Positions 1-10,942 of a stretch of DNA of 64,000 nucleotides are shown one piece after another. Source of the DNA: Botryllus schlosseri (Eukaryota); the NCBI GenBank assembly GCA_051294905.1, contig CM119373.1:4342001-4406000 (forward strand). Direction: 5' to 3'. The notes beneath the pieces were generated by a model. The model ran no database searches, was not told where the DNA came from, and saw only the letters and a program-made list of their open reading frames with translations. Numbering within the stretch: the stretch's first letter is position 1; the number at the start of each line of letters is the position of its first letter. Position numbers and translations under genes: made by a program.

Positions 1-196
1 ATGGAGTGATCATCGGAATACGAAGTATACGTGATATGGTGGTGAATTGTTACTAAGATTGCGCCGCAGTGCAAAAGCAAAAGGCCTGCGCTGGCCTCAG
101 ACAATAGTCGAGATGAAAGGCAGATAGCATGAAAACACACATGATGCCGACCGTCAATAAAATAAAACTCTTATCGCCCTTAGAGGTAATTAGCTC

Positions 197-1542
197 CTAT
201 CCTGCAGATCTGTTGTAGATCTTCATCTCCGAGTAGCACAAGGCGTGAGGCGTGCCCAGGATGCCACTCCACCACCTCAATCCCTTCAAGCCTGTTCTGT
301 TGAAGTTTCCATTCAGATTGCTCCAGGAGCAAATGTCGTCATGCCACCAGCCTCCTTCGAAGTAGGAAGCGCAATTCAATCGACGCCAGCCATCGTGATC
401 TGCGTCTTTCGTTGAGAATTGTTCGTTGTTAATCGTCGCGAGACCATCTTCCACATTCCCGGAGTATCCGGATACGTGCAATCTGTAGTTATCGGATCCG
501 GGTCCAATCCGGAAGCTCCTGGGAAAAAAGAAAAGTTTTTCAACCATGACGTAACGAATCGTCGATTGTAACGTCATGACGAAGAATGAAGATGACGTGA
601 TAAGCCGTACTTGCCATAATTACATTACAACGACAAAAATCTTGCTACGTTTCTAATTTGGCTTACCTCACTTAAAGCGGAATAAATATGGCTCATTGCA
701 ATAATAATACAGCGATAATATCTGGAATAATTTGTTTGCATAAGAATAGGCGGGAATATTCGGATATTTTGTCCAGAATCGTTAGTCACTGAATATAAGT
801 ACATTTTGCGGTGTGTTTGAGAATCCAAGCCCGTTGCTCTTCACCTTCTTAAGATTGTGACTTTTTCTCAACTTCGTGTATTAACCGATGCATTCCATTG
901 CAGCCCACCTGTATTTCGCCCACATATGGTCATTTTTGCCTTTCGACATCATGTTGATTTCCAACGACATGTCATCTCGCTTTGTCGCTTGATGCAATGA
1001 CTCGAGCCCTGGAAACAATCATGAATCAATTACTTCCACACACAAAATAAAATAAACCGCCACACGACTGTTTTATCAATCACAGAATCAATCTAGGAGG
1101 GACTTCACCGAGTTAAGATGGAGAAAGTTCTACTCCCGAGTCTAAACCTCCCTACCTAGCCACAAATCTCCATCACATTCCCCGAATCCGTTCACGTAAT
1201 CATCCCAACCTCTGAAAAAATCGACGTTGCCGTTGGTTCTTCGCTGAAAAACCTGTAACGGAATACAGCAAACTGTCAAAGTGACAGAAATCCTACGAAG
1301 TCTCTTCTGCGAGTCTGCCCCTATGGATAAAAATTATGTATCGCCTTGACCTGCTTTGAACTTTTGCTCATATGAAAATGAGCCTGCTCATCACGTTGCA
1401 AACAATTTATCTTTGAAAGATTTAAAATTCCACTCACAGTCCATTCCTCGTGTGCAGGGCATGTCTTCCTACCTTCTGCTCCGATTTGAATCGAGTAAGT
1501 CACGAATCCAATTATCAAAAGAATCCCAATATTAAGAAACAT
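197..1542 (-). CDS. Secreted fibrinogen-related protein (FReD; ficolin/tachylectin-like), 4 exons: 1542-1438, 1252-1156, 1008-909, 518-197; 207 aa
   Basis: GT-AG junctions give one frame of 624 nt: MFLNIGILLIIGFVTYSIQIGAEG (hydrophobic signal-like) RKTCPAHEEWT|VFQRRTNGNVDFFRGWDDYVNGFGECDGDLWL|GLESLHQ...WAKYR|SFRIG...FSTKDADHD...NCA...GGWW...SNLNG...SEMKI. These are standard fibrinogen C-terminal domain motifs. Confidence 0.92.
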
Positions 1543-2013
1543 TTTCAAAAGCAATTCGACATCGATTCAATATCCCTTGCCTTAACAATCCGTGTCCTGC
1601 TAAACTTCAGAAGATAAATGACTGCGGGCAGATTAATTTGTATCGGCGCAGAGGATCATCCGACCAGCTTCAACGGAGCTATACGCATGCAATCACAATT
1701 TGCTGCGTTGACTGTCATTTTGAGGAAAACAGCTTCCTGATATTGTTTAGGAAATGCATTCAATCGTGTTTCACAGAAATATCACTCGATCAGGAATCAA
1801 ATCGGTAGATAATTGGAGGCAATAGGAATGCTTTGGTGTCGGGTTCCGCAGCCTGTTGGCGCATCATCACCATTTCGGCGCCAGCCAATTTTGAGCCACG
1901 ACACATCACATGTGAAGGTTTGGCCATGGTGAAAGCCGTGGCTGAGATGTTGGCCGAATCTTCGATATTTATATGTCCACTTTGTCCAGGCACCGAAATG
2001 GTCGGCACCGAAA

Positions 2014-2968
2014 AGTAATCCTATTCGATTACGACGATTCTCGTCATTGCTGCGTAATGAATCCACGCACATTACATATAGCCTATACGCCTATTCTGTG
2101 CGAATGTAGCAGTGTAGCTGTTGGAACGACAAGCATGCCGAAAGTCGTGTTTCCAATGCACTCCAGACGCCACTACCTCGCAGCAGGGTAATAATCATCA
2201 CTCTGACTAGTCTGAAATAGTGACGCAGGAATTGATGTTTCGTTATGGTTAGGTAAATACAGTTATGACGTTGCTGCTAGACCAGGTCAAGTGAAGTCAA
2301 ACTCAAGCAAAACATTGCGGTTGCTGATATACGGGCCTACATCATAACCGAGCTATTATTTTGCTCATATCGCAACGGCAGGTCGCAAAACCTGTATTGA
2401 GACAATATTAGGCAATGGGCATGCGTACGTTCAATTGTTCATTGTTCAATTGCGGGAAACATTATCATGGCGTAATTTATTATCTTCGCTTTATCTTATT
2501 TTCATTCGGCGCTACTTGAAATGAGCACCAATCATTAATTCGAACTGCCGCCATAGCTATGATCCGCGTATACACCATTTTTGCGTGGATTGTAGCTAGA
2601 ATCATGACCAAGGACTAGAAAAAAATTCAAATTCATGACTGAATTTCGTCAGTAATATTGGTAATTACATATTACATATTATCATTCATACATATGTGTT
2701 TGCATTATTTTAATGATTTCCTCAGAAGTCAGGCTTGACTCTTCTTCTGGTCAAATTGGCGATTCAGCTTCCGATTTAGCTAGGAGATCTGCTTTCTCGT
2801 TCCCGTGAATTCCGCAATGTCCAAGAATCCATACCAATACGACACCGATTCCTTTTCCTTTCAATTCGTGGATACCGTACAGTATCTTCCCGATTAGGTG
2901 ACTTCACTTCCATTTTCCTGAATCGTTTGACGGGCAACTCAAGCAATCAACAAGTAATCGCATGTCTT
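2014..2968. mobile_element. Old degraded copy of the GTAATC-repeat hAT-type element family (see 56065-58576)
   Basis: 2170-2280 (ctacctcgcagcag...gttgctgct) and 2590-2690 align by eye with 56485-56590 and 56920-57040; GTAATC/CGATTAC motifs near 2015; catgtct terminus near 2967. Confidence 0.6.
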
Positions 2969-3839
2969 AATACGCGTTTCCATTCGCCCACTGTATTGTC
3001 AGACGAGTTCCGACAATCTCAGCGGTAAATGACGACGAGTTATTCCCTGCCGATTTTGCTCCATATGTAATTTTAGAAATATAAAATGGACTGGCGACAC
3101 GTGCTTGACTTTTCGCTTCATCTGCGAATATTTTCAAAAATCCTGCATCATATGTGACATTGATATACTCGTGGACAATTGGGTTGAGCTTTTACCAATT
3201 GTTTTGTAATGCTCATATCGACAGACGCCCTCCTTACATTCCATACCAGTTTAGGTATAGGTATGCGCTCATGGCACAACGTCAATTTCATATCTTTGAA
3301 ACCATCCCATGTTAATATCTGGTTGAAGCCCCCAAATATTTTCTGCTTCGGCCACAATTTTTCCATAAGGGCAATGAAAGTTGATGTCTCCATGGGTGAT
3401 TTAGATTAACCATTATTGCACACCTCGATTTCATGCATAAGAATCTGTGTCGTAAATCCAATGGCGTTTTCCAACATATTACTTGAATTGTCCTTTTGTA
3501 TCAGCTTCTCTTATTCTGCATTCTGTGTGCACATGTTGTGCTTGCCTCCTTTTATATCGCCTAGACCCGATGCGTGTGTCTGACTTCAAAGACTACACGA
3601 AGTCGTTTCGACACCTTCCTATCTTTTCATTGTATCGCAATCTTGTGTTGCTACGAAACGATGAAATTATGAATAAGTGATACTGATGCAGTGTGATTGT
3701 AAATAACTTCATGAGAGGAGCTAAGCAAATTTTAAAGATATGTAACTGGACTTTTGCTAATGACAGTGGAGCAGGCTTGGACTCGGGTGTGTGACCAAGC
3801 ATTCAAGTCTCCCTAAATCTGATGTCTAGAATATAGAAG

Positions 3840-4202
3840 CAGGGCTGTAACCAAGTTTCAAGTAAATCTCACTTTTATAGTTTTGACTCGAGTCATTTTT
3901 AATCCTACGCCGAGTCACATAGTGTTGTACGAGTCCAAGTCACTGTGTTAACTGTTAAGTGTTCAGTTTCGAGGTAAAGTCATGCCAAATTGATTGTTTA
4001 CAAGTCTACTTGGCGATGTCGAATGCTTCGCGTTCATATTATACGAAAATTCATCACTTTTAACCGTTTCTGGTATGATGATCAAGTACCAGTACTAATA
4101 GACGAAATACCAATAGTGTGGTAACCTTACTATTCTTCGAACGTTATAAGTAAATGCTTGTCTTGTTAGTCCCAGTCTCGAGTCGTGTGCAATGACTCGA
4201 GT
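3840..4202 (+). mobile_element. 3'-truncated copy of CAGGGTTGTAAC / GACTCGAGTC MITE family
   Basis: Starts cagggctgtaaccaag and aligns with 30139-30550; the right terminus is missing. Confidence 0.65.
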
Positions 4203-4331
4203 ATACACTCTAAATTTTAAACGTTACATTAAAACGAAAAATGATTTTGTCCAACTCCCGAGATGAGTGATAGTGATTGAAGACGTTTCAAGCAAGAAAG
4301 CGATGTCTGTTTTCACGTGAGTGCCATAAAT

Positions 4332-5112
4332 CAGTGGTTCTTGACCTTTTTGTCTTCGCGGTCCCATTGTGGACCGTCACGGATCCCTGCGGACCCCCAC
4401 AAGTTTTGGTTTAAATTTAGCTCAATTATCGTGTTGCCGTCAGCTACCTTATGCAACTTAACTGTAGATTAATGAGAAACAGCAACTAAATGAGTCTTAT
4501 CGAAAATAACTTCATACTATAGCTGGAAATTTGATGGGCTTTTATTATTTCAAAGCGAATCCTGCAGCTGCATTTCCTGAAATACGTTGTCGCGTCTGGA
4601 ATATCGATTTAATATGAACGACAGTCGGGAATGAATTTCCGCAAAGATAGGTGTTGGCGAATGAATATTAACGCGTAACCCTTCCGGCGATACCTTTCGG
4701 TATGATCGTAAAATATTTGACACTAAAATTGGGGAACATATTTATTACTGAACAATCACTTCTAGCCTAGTCATTTTTATCTACTAGCTCATCTAGAAGT
4801 TATTCAGAAATAGTTGTTACGTGTATCGCATAGGAGAACATGGATTCCTCAATCGCTGCTGAGACCGACTACTTTAAATCCTCAATGCTCTGTGACATTT
4901 CGGAGTCAGCCTGACTGAGACGCCTATTCAGCTGATGTGAGTCCCGACGTTTCAGTATTTATGAAGCGAAACTGGAAGTAAAAGCGATTTCCCTTATTTA
5001 AGTAATTACAAATTAGATGATAAATCATTTTGCAAATTCAAGGGTTACGCGGACCCCTGAAAATTCTTCGCGGACCCCTAGGGGTCCACAGACCTCCGTT
5101 TGAGAACCAATT
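4332..5112. mobile_element. Charlie-like hAT MITE (CAGTGGTTCT terminus)
   Basis: cagtggttctt...ttgagaacca ends with CGGACCCC subterminal motifs; reverse-orientation relative of 45831-47037. Confidence 0.65.
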
Positions 5113-6593
5113 CACTATAGCGTACGAGTCGCCATGTCTTCCAACTTAATCTCTAGAACTATAGTCGCCAATGAATCCACGATAACTGCCATGCCTACTG
5201 TGCAGAATAAGATCCTTTAAACTTAAGTTTTGTTGCTGACGAATCTGGAAAGTGTGACGCGTAGAATCGATATCGGTAGATTGGCGAATAATGCTGGACA
5301 CTATTGTTAAATTCGGAGTGAACCGTAATAGAAAATCGCAATATGTTAGCATGCTCTGGCACTCTTATTTGTTTTGGAAACGAAACACATTTTATGGATC
5401 AATTTCTTCGAAAGCTGGTCTTCAAGAAGTTGGAGAGATACTGCCCTCGTTTTGCCTTACTTATAGGACTTTACACAGTACAGTTCAATTCAGTTTATTA
5501 TAAATAATTTCATCACATCAATGCACCACAATATTGCGATACAATGGAAAGAAAGTGGGGGGGGGGGGTCGACACGACTTGGAGTAGTCGTTGAAATCAG
5601 ACCTCCGATGAGCGTAGGCGATGTAAAAAGAGGCATGCACATTATAGGAAAAATAATGGGAGATAACATAAAAGAGCAACCTACGAAAATGAGGTGGCAT
5701 GAGACGGAAGGCGACATCGATATATCGGACTGTGGGCCAGTAATCTCGAGTGCTGACCTTGTGGCATTCCTCTAGTAAACAAGGTAGCTGACTGATATAA
5801 TAGGCAGAGGTGGTCAAAGTAGTCAAGAAAGCTACTCAAATAGAAGTAGAAGTAGCGACGAAAAAATCTACTCAAGTATATGTAGAAGTACTTCTTCCAC
5901 AAGCAACCTAAAACTACTGTAAGTAGAAGTAGAATTGACCGACTTTAAATCTACTCAAGTAAGTAAGTAGTTGTGAAAACGATCGTAATTCGTTCGCATG
6001 AGTTGTCAAAAGGTGCAAATTGAGCTATGCGGAAAGGTGCCGAGCTTAATTCATATTGATGCATATCACGAGGTATTCAATTTTCGACAGCATAAGCATT
6101 CGTCCGCATAATGGGATGAAAAAGATGATATTGATATGGAAATGCGATACTAATCCTATGTTTAATCGAACAGCACGGTTTGGAAAATATCATGGTATGG
6201 CGCACTCCCCCATATTATAAGGCCCGTAGTTTAGTCGAAGAGCAATACGGAGAAGTTGTATAGGATACGGAGTTAACACTTTGCGCGATTAGAAAACGTG
6301 AACAAAAATGCCATATTGTGTAGCTTTATTTTCGGAAATAAAAGGTATTACTACACTTGCTTTTATACTTCAACATGTATGTTATCCAGACAAAAGAGCT
6401 GATATCAATTATAACTCAGAATATATGATACTGGGAATTGAAAGTGAAATATAAATACTAATTATAAAAGCGGATATTGTATTTCATAAGTCTTTGGTCC
6501 AGAAAGTTTCACAGGTGATATGCTAAAACAGCTCTAAAACTAAGAAAAGTTAGATTCCACTTTTCCAGATTAGGATACGCCATGAACTGCTAG

Positions 6594-6998
6594 TATTGCG
6601 ACGCGGGAATCGGATATTTCGGCGACAAGCATTTCACGGCTAGTCGGTTTTCACGTCGGTCTTTACGTCTACTCGATTGATTGTTATTTAATTTGATTGG
6701 TTAATTTAATTGTCGCGGCGTCCGTTCTCGTTTTTCTTCATGTCTCACGGTTCCTGTTTCATTTCTCGTCAATCGACTTCTATATCGGACGAGCAAGCAA
6801 TCTTGTGAATCTCGCCATTTAACTATATTCTGAACAAGCTATTCCGTATTGTATGTTCTGGACTGCTTGTATTTGAAACAGAAGAGATTTGAGATACACA
6901 ACGCTTGCTCGTACCCATTGCCAGATTTAGTGTGCAGCAGACAGGATCCCGACACCTGATAAAGCGCCACTCATTGATTTCAGTGCCGCGTCGGAACA
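6594..6998 (+). repeat. 5' LTR (405 bp, TATT...AACA)
   Basis: Identical to 15344-15748 except C6910 vs A15660. Confidence 0.97.
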
Positions 6999-7008
6999 AT
7001 TCACAAGA
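6999..7008 (+). promoter_or_regulatory. Candidate non-tRNA (self-priming) primer-binding site
   Basis: ATTCACAAGA directly follows the LTR; there is no TGG; it is the exact reverse complement of TCTTGTGAAT at 6801-6810. Confidence 0.55.
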
Positions 7009-7157
7009 AGTCTATTTAAGCCGATATCTTCGATACGCTCTTCGATTCAGGCATCGCATGTGCAGTCTACATTCAAGACTCTTCTGCCCTACGAAGAGCG
7101 ATAGACCCTGCTCGTCACTAAATCTGTTAATACTTAAGGAGTTTCGTTACGTTTGAG

Positions 7158-7685
7158 ATGTCGTTTGTGAAATCTCCAACGGATTCTCACAAGTCTCCAA
7201 CCTTGGCACCGACTTGGAAGCATCCAGCTAAGATGACGGTCGACGATTTACGATCCGAGTTACAAGTTCTTGGCGAAGCTACCAGTGGAAGCAAAGCTGT
7301 ATTGACAGAGCGATTAAGAAAAATCCGCGATTCCAACAAACCCTCGCAAAAGAAAGAGTCGACGCCCTCTCCATTGAGCACCACTGAAAATCCATCTGAA
7401 CTGGTCATGCTTTTTCAGATGATGAAGCATCAGCAAGATCTCGATCGTCAGCAGCAGCAATTAGATCGTGAAGCTGATCGCCGGCAGCAGCAATTAGATC
7501 GTGAAGATGCCGACCGCAAGTTTCAGTTGCAGCTTGAAGAGCTCAAGCAGAGACAGGTGCTGGAGCGTGAGGAAAGCGAAAGACGGTTTCAACTGCAACT
7601 GGAAGAAATTCGACAGAAGTCATCAAAAGACCAACTCAACTCGGGCCACCCATCGGCAAGTAACGGCGATCCATGTCTATACTGA
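7158..7685 (+). CDS. BEL/Pao Gag N-terminal part: SAP domain plus Q/E/R-rich coiled-coil; frameshifted from the rest of gag
   Basis: KMTVDDLRSELQVLGEATSGSKAVLTERL matches the SAP pattern (L.V.EL...L...GL.TSG.KA.L..RL); QQQLDRE repeats follow. Confidence 0.8.
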   Translation: MSFVKSPTDSHKSPTLAPTWKHPAKMTVDDLRSELQVLGEATSGSKAVLTERLRKIRDSNKPSQKKESTPSPLSTTENPSELVMLFQMMKHQQDLDRQQQQLDREADRRQQQLDREDADRKFQLQLEELKQRQVLEREESERRFQLQLEEIRQKSSKDQLNSGHPSASNGDPCLY

Positions 7686-8735
7686 GGTCATTATAAGAAG
7701 ATTCAGACGTATGCATGCCGAAGTTGTCGAGTCTTTGCAAGCGCTTGAAAATAAATATCGGAACCCCACCTCTTTCGAAGAGATCAACGTCTTCATACGA
7801 TCAGTAGATATAGCAATGACCGATCTCAAGACATTCGTTGATGCCAAAATCGACCAGCTTAACGATGGTGATTTAAAGACCGAAATCGTTGATGGCATGA
7901 GAAGCTCGAAAGAAAGTTATCTGGCACACCTCCCTCTTGCCAAATCGAAATCTGCATCACTTAAAGCTGCCGAGGATGCCGAGAAAGCCGCCGGATCGCT
8001 CCCCAGTGGAATACTGCCACCTACATTCAACGGCGACATTTTGACATTTCCCTCATTTTGGGAGTCATTCGAGCCACTGGTTCACGAAAATCCAAAGGTC
8101 AGTCGGTTTTACAAAATTACTTATTTAAAGGCGGCTCTCAAAGGATCGTCATCCGGCCTTCTTAATGGGTTCCCTTCGACGGCCGTGAGTTATGAGCCTG
8201 CCGTGGACGCTGTCCTTAAAAGGTACGGGAAGAAACAAGCCATAGTTAGAAATCACATCAAAGACTTGCTGCAAGTTGAGAAAGTCGAATTTAAGATCGA
8301 TAAAGTCAGGAGGCTACTCGATGCCGCCACTGCAAAAAGGGCGATATTAACGCAGTATGACGTCTCTTGGGACCAACTGTTTACACAGGTACTCGAGTCT
8401 CAGCTGCCGGGTACGCTGCGCGAACGTTGGATCAGGAAAATTAGTCCTATGATCGATGACGATGAAGTTCCTGATTCCGATCTCTTGTTCGAATTTCTGA
8501 CTACCGAGTTGGCGACGATGGAGTCCTTGCAGTCGCAGAGTGGGCGTCGCCCTACTGACGCACGTGACAAGCCGCAACATAAAGATAAACTGACTAGTTG
8601 CGTTGCCGGTGAAGTTGAAAAATCGTTTTCTGCGCAATCCCTGGTAACGCAATCCGTAACGCCATGCTGTAGCTACTGCTCGAGTCCGCATATGTTAAAA
8701 TCCTGTGACGAGTTTTTGAATTTGACTCCCCCCCC
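7660..8735 (+). CDS. BEL/Pao Gag core (DUF1759-like) and first Zn knuckle; start position approximate
   Basis: LPPTFNGDILTFPSFWESF...VHEN...KITYLKAALKG...YEPAVDAVLKRYG and CSYCSSPHMLKSC; ends at a C8 run (8728-8735) that shifts the frame. Confidence 0.9.
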
Positions 8736-8740
8736 AGCGA

Positions 8741-10942
8741 ATGGCTGACTTGGTCATGAATAAGCCTGGAAAAGTATGTTTCAGATGCTTATCTCCGAAA
8801 GGGCATGAAGGTCATCCGAAGACATTCCACCAATGTAAGGAGCGTTGTTCCGTCGCGGGCTGTGGGAAACCCCACCACGAATTGCTACACGTTTCTGGGG
8901 AACCATTGGGCGACGTCAAGTGTATGGTTTCAACCATTGGCAAGCCTCTTTCCGCCCCTGTTTTGCGAGATGCGGACATCGACACATTACTGCCTACTGC
9001 GTTAGGAAGCATCAACCACAATGGCGAAAGGAAACAGGTTAGAATCGCATTCGACTCTTTTTCCCAGAAGAGCTTTGTAACCCGTGGACTAGCAGATTCA
9101 ATGAAGCTAACGCCAACTAAAAGCGATTGCGTGGACATTAGTGGATTTGGAGGTAATTCTGCTTCAAGTGTTGTGGACGTTGTAAAATTCACGCTAGAGT
9201 CCACTGATGGCTTTGAAAACGTTAGTGTTGAGGCTTACGTTCAAGAAGGCGTGATTTGTGCGCCTTTAAGAAATGTAGATCTGTGCGCTTGTCAAATTTC
9301 TCACTTAGACGGTCTGAACCTTGCCGACCCCCTTCCAAGGAATAATGGGACCATTGTTATTCTTCTCGGAGGGCGATACTATTTTTCGCTGATGCAGGGA
9401 GAGGTGATTAGTCCTGATGTTCCGGAAATGGGGCCTTATGCGATCAAAACTATATTTGGCTGGGTGTTGGCGGGTCCTTGCGTTAAACTGGAACAAGATA
9501 GGAGTAACACCTCTAGTTGTCTACTTCTCACAACTACACCAAATCACGATTCATTGAAGTCAGATCCATGGCAGTCGTTGAACGACAAGTTGGAAAGATT
9601 TTGGGATCAAGATAGCATCGGTATTTGTGACAAGAAGACTATTCCTACTGCAGAGGAACGGGATGCCGTGGAACAGTTCGAAAGGTCGGTACAGTTTGAC
9701 GGCTCTAAATACGTTGTTTCCTTGCCATTCAGACGTGACGTGCCGGATTTGAAATCCGATTACCGCGAGGCCTATTCAAGATTGCTTTCAGCAGAGAAGA
9801 CGCTGCGTAGGAATCCTGAGAAGTCGCGAAACTACGACGCCGCAATCATGGAATATGAGAAAAACGGGTTCTCGAGAAAATTAACTCAGGACGAGTTCGA
9901 AGAAATTGGTAAGCTCCCTCATTACTTTGTCCCGCACCACCCGGTATTCAAAGAATCCAGTACCTCCACTAAGCTTCGCATAGTATTCGACGCGAGTGCT
10001 CGAGATTGCCAAGGTATGTCACTGAACGACTGTCTACTCAAGGGGCCGAACTTACTACCTGATATTGCGTCAGTGTTACTTCGTTTTCGTACTCACAGGA
10101 TTGCGCTCAGCGGGGATATCAAAAAGATGTTTTGCCAAACAGGTGTTGTTCCAGACCATCAAAGGTACCAATTATATCTTTGGCGTAATTGTGACTCTAC
10201 TCGACCACCCGATGTTTATGTTATGACCCGGGTTATGTTCGGCATTACCTCCAGTCCGTTTCTTGCAATTCAGACCATTCTGCATCACTCTCGTTTGCAG
10301 GGAAAGGATGCGGAAATTTCGAACATAATTGAGAAAAACATGTACGTAGACGATGTTCATCTTGGCGGCGATAACGTTGACGAAGTACTCGCATTGCAAC
10401 GCCGATTAGTTGATTTCTTTCGGGCAGGTGGATGGACGTTGGTCAAATTTGGATCGAATAGCCGTGAGTTGATCGAACAAATTCCGAAGCACGCACGATT
10501 GCCAAACTGCGAGCTGGATTTAGACGATGCTAAGTGTGGCGAAGCCTCTTCGTTAGGGCTGAAATGGCATACTCTTGATGATCTGATGTATTGTAATGTG
10601 ACTCCAAAACTCTGCGAACAAGACAAATTGGTTACTAAAAGAACCATGCTGAGCAAAGTCAGTCAAATTTATGATGTTTTCGGGTATTTTGCAGCCTTTG
10701 TAGTTCGCGTCAAGATTCTTCTCCAGGATTTATGGAGAAAGAAATTGGATTCGAACGATGAAGTCGATGAAGTCACAGCCACCAAGTACCGTCAATGGAC
10801 AGAGGAACTGGCCTCGCTTGAATCTATAAAGATACCAAGGTATCTATTCGTTGGGCTTCTTGGTTTGAAGAACATTCAACTCCACGGATTCGCCGATGCA
10901 TCTGAAGCCGCTTACGGCGCCGTCCTATACCTCAGAACCATG
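8741..10942 (+). CDS. BEL/Pao Zn knuckles, aspartic protease, reverse transcriptase and start of RNase H
   Basis: CFRC..H..C, C....C...HH.LLH, FDSFSQKSFV, RIVFDAS, DIKKMF, FG..SSPF, YVDD, HGFADASEAAYGAVLYLR; interrupted at 10943. Confidence 0.95.

Noticed and set aside
5490..5902. Overlapping short ORFs here and most other 60-130 aa ORFs in the track
   Set aside because: No domain motifs; many are antisense to real coding regions or lie within repeats.
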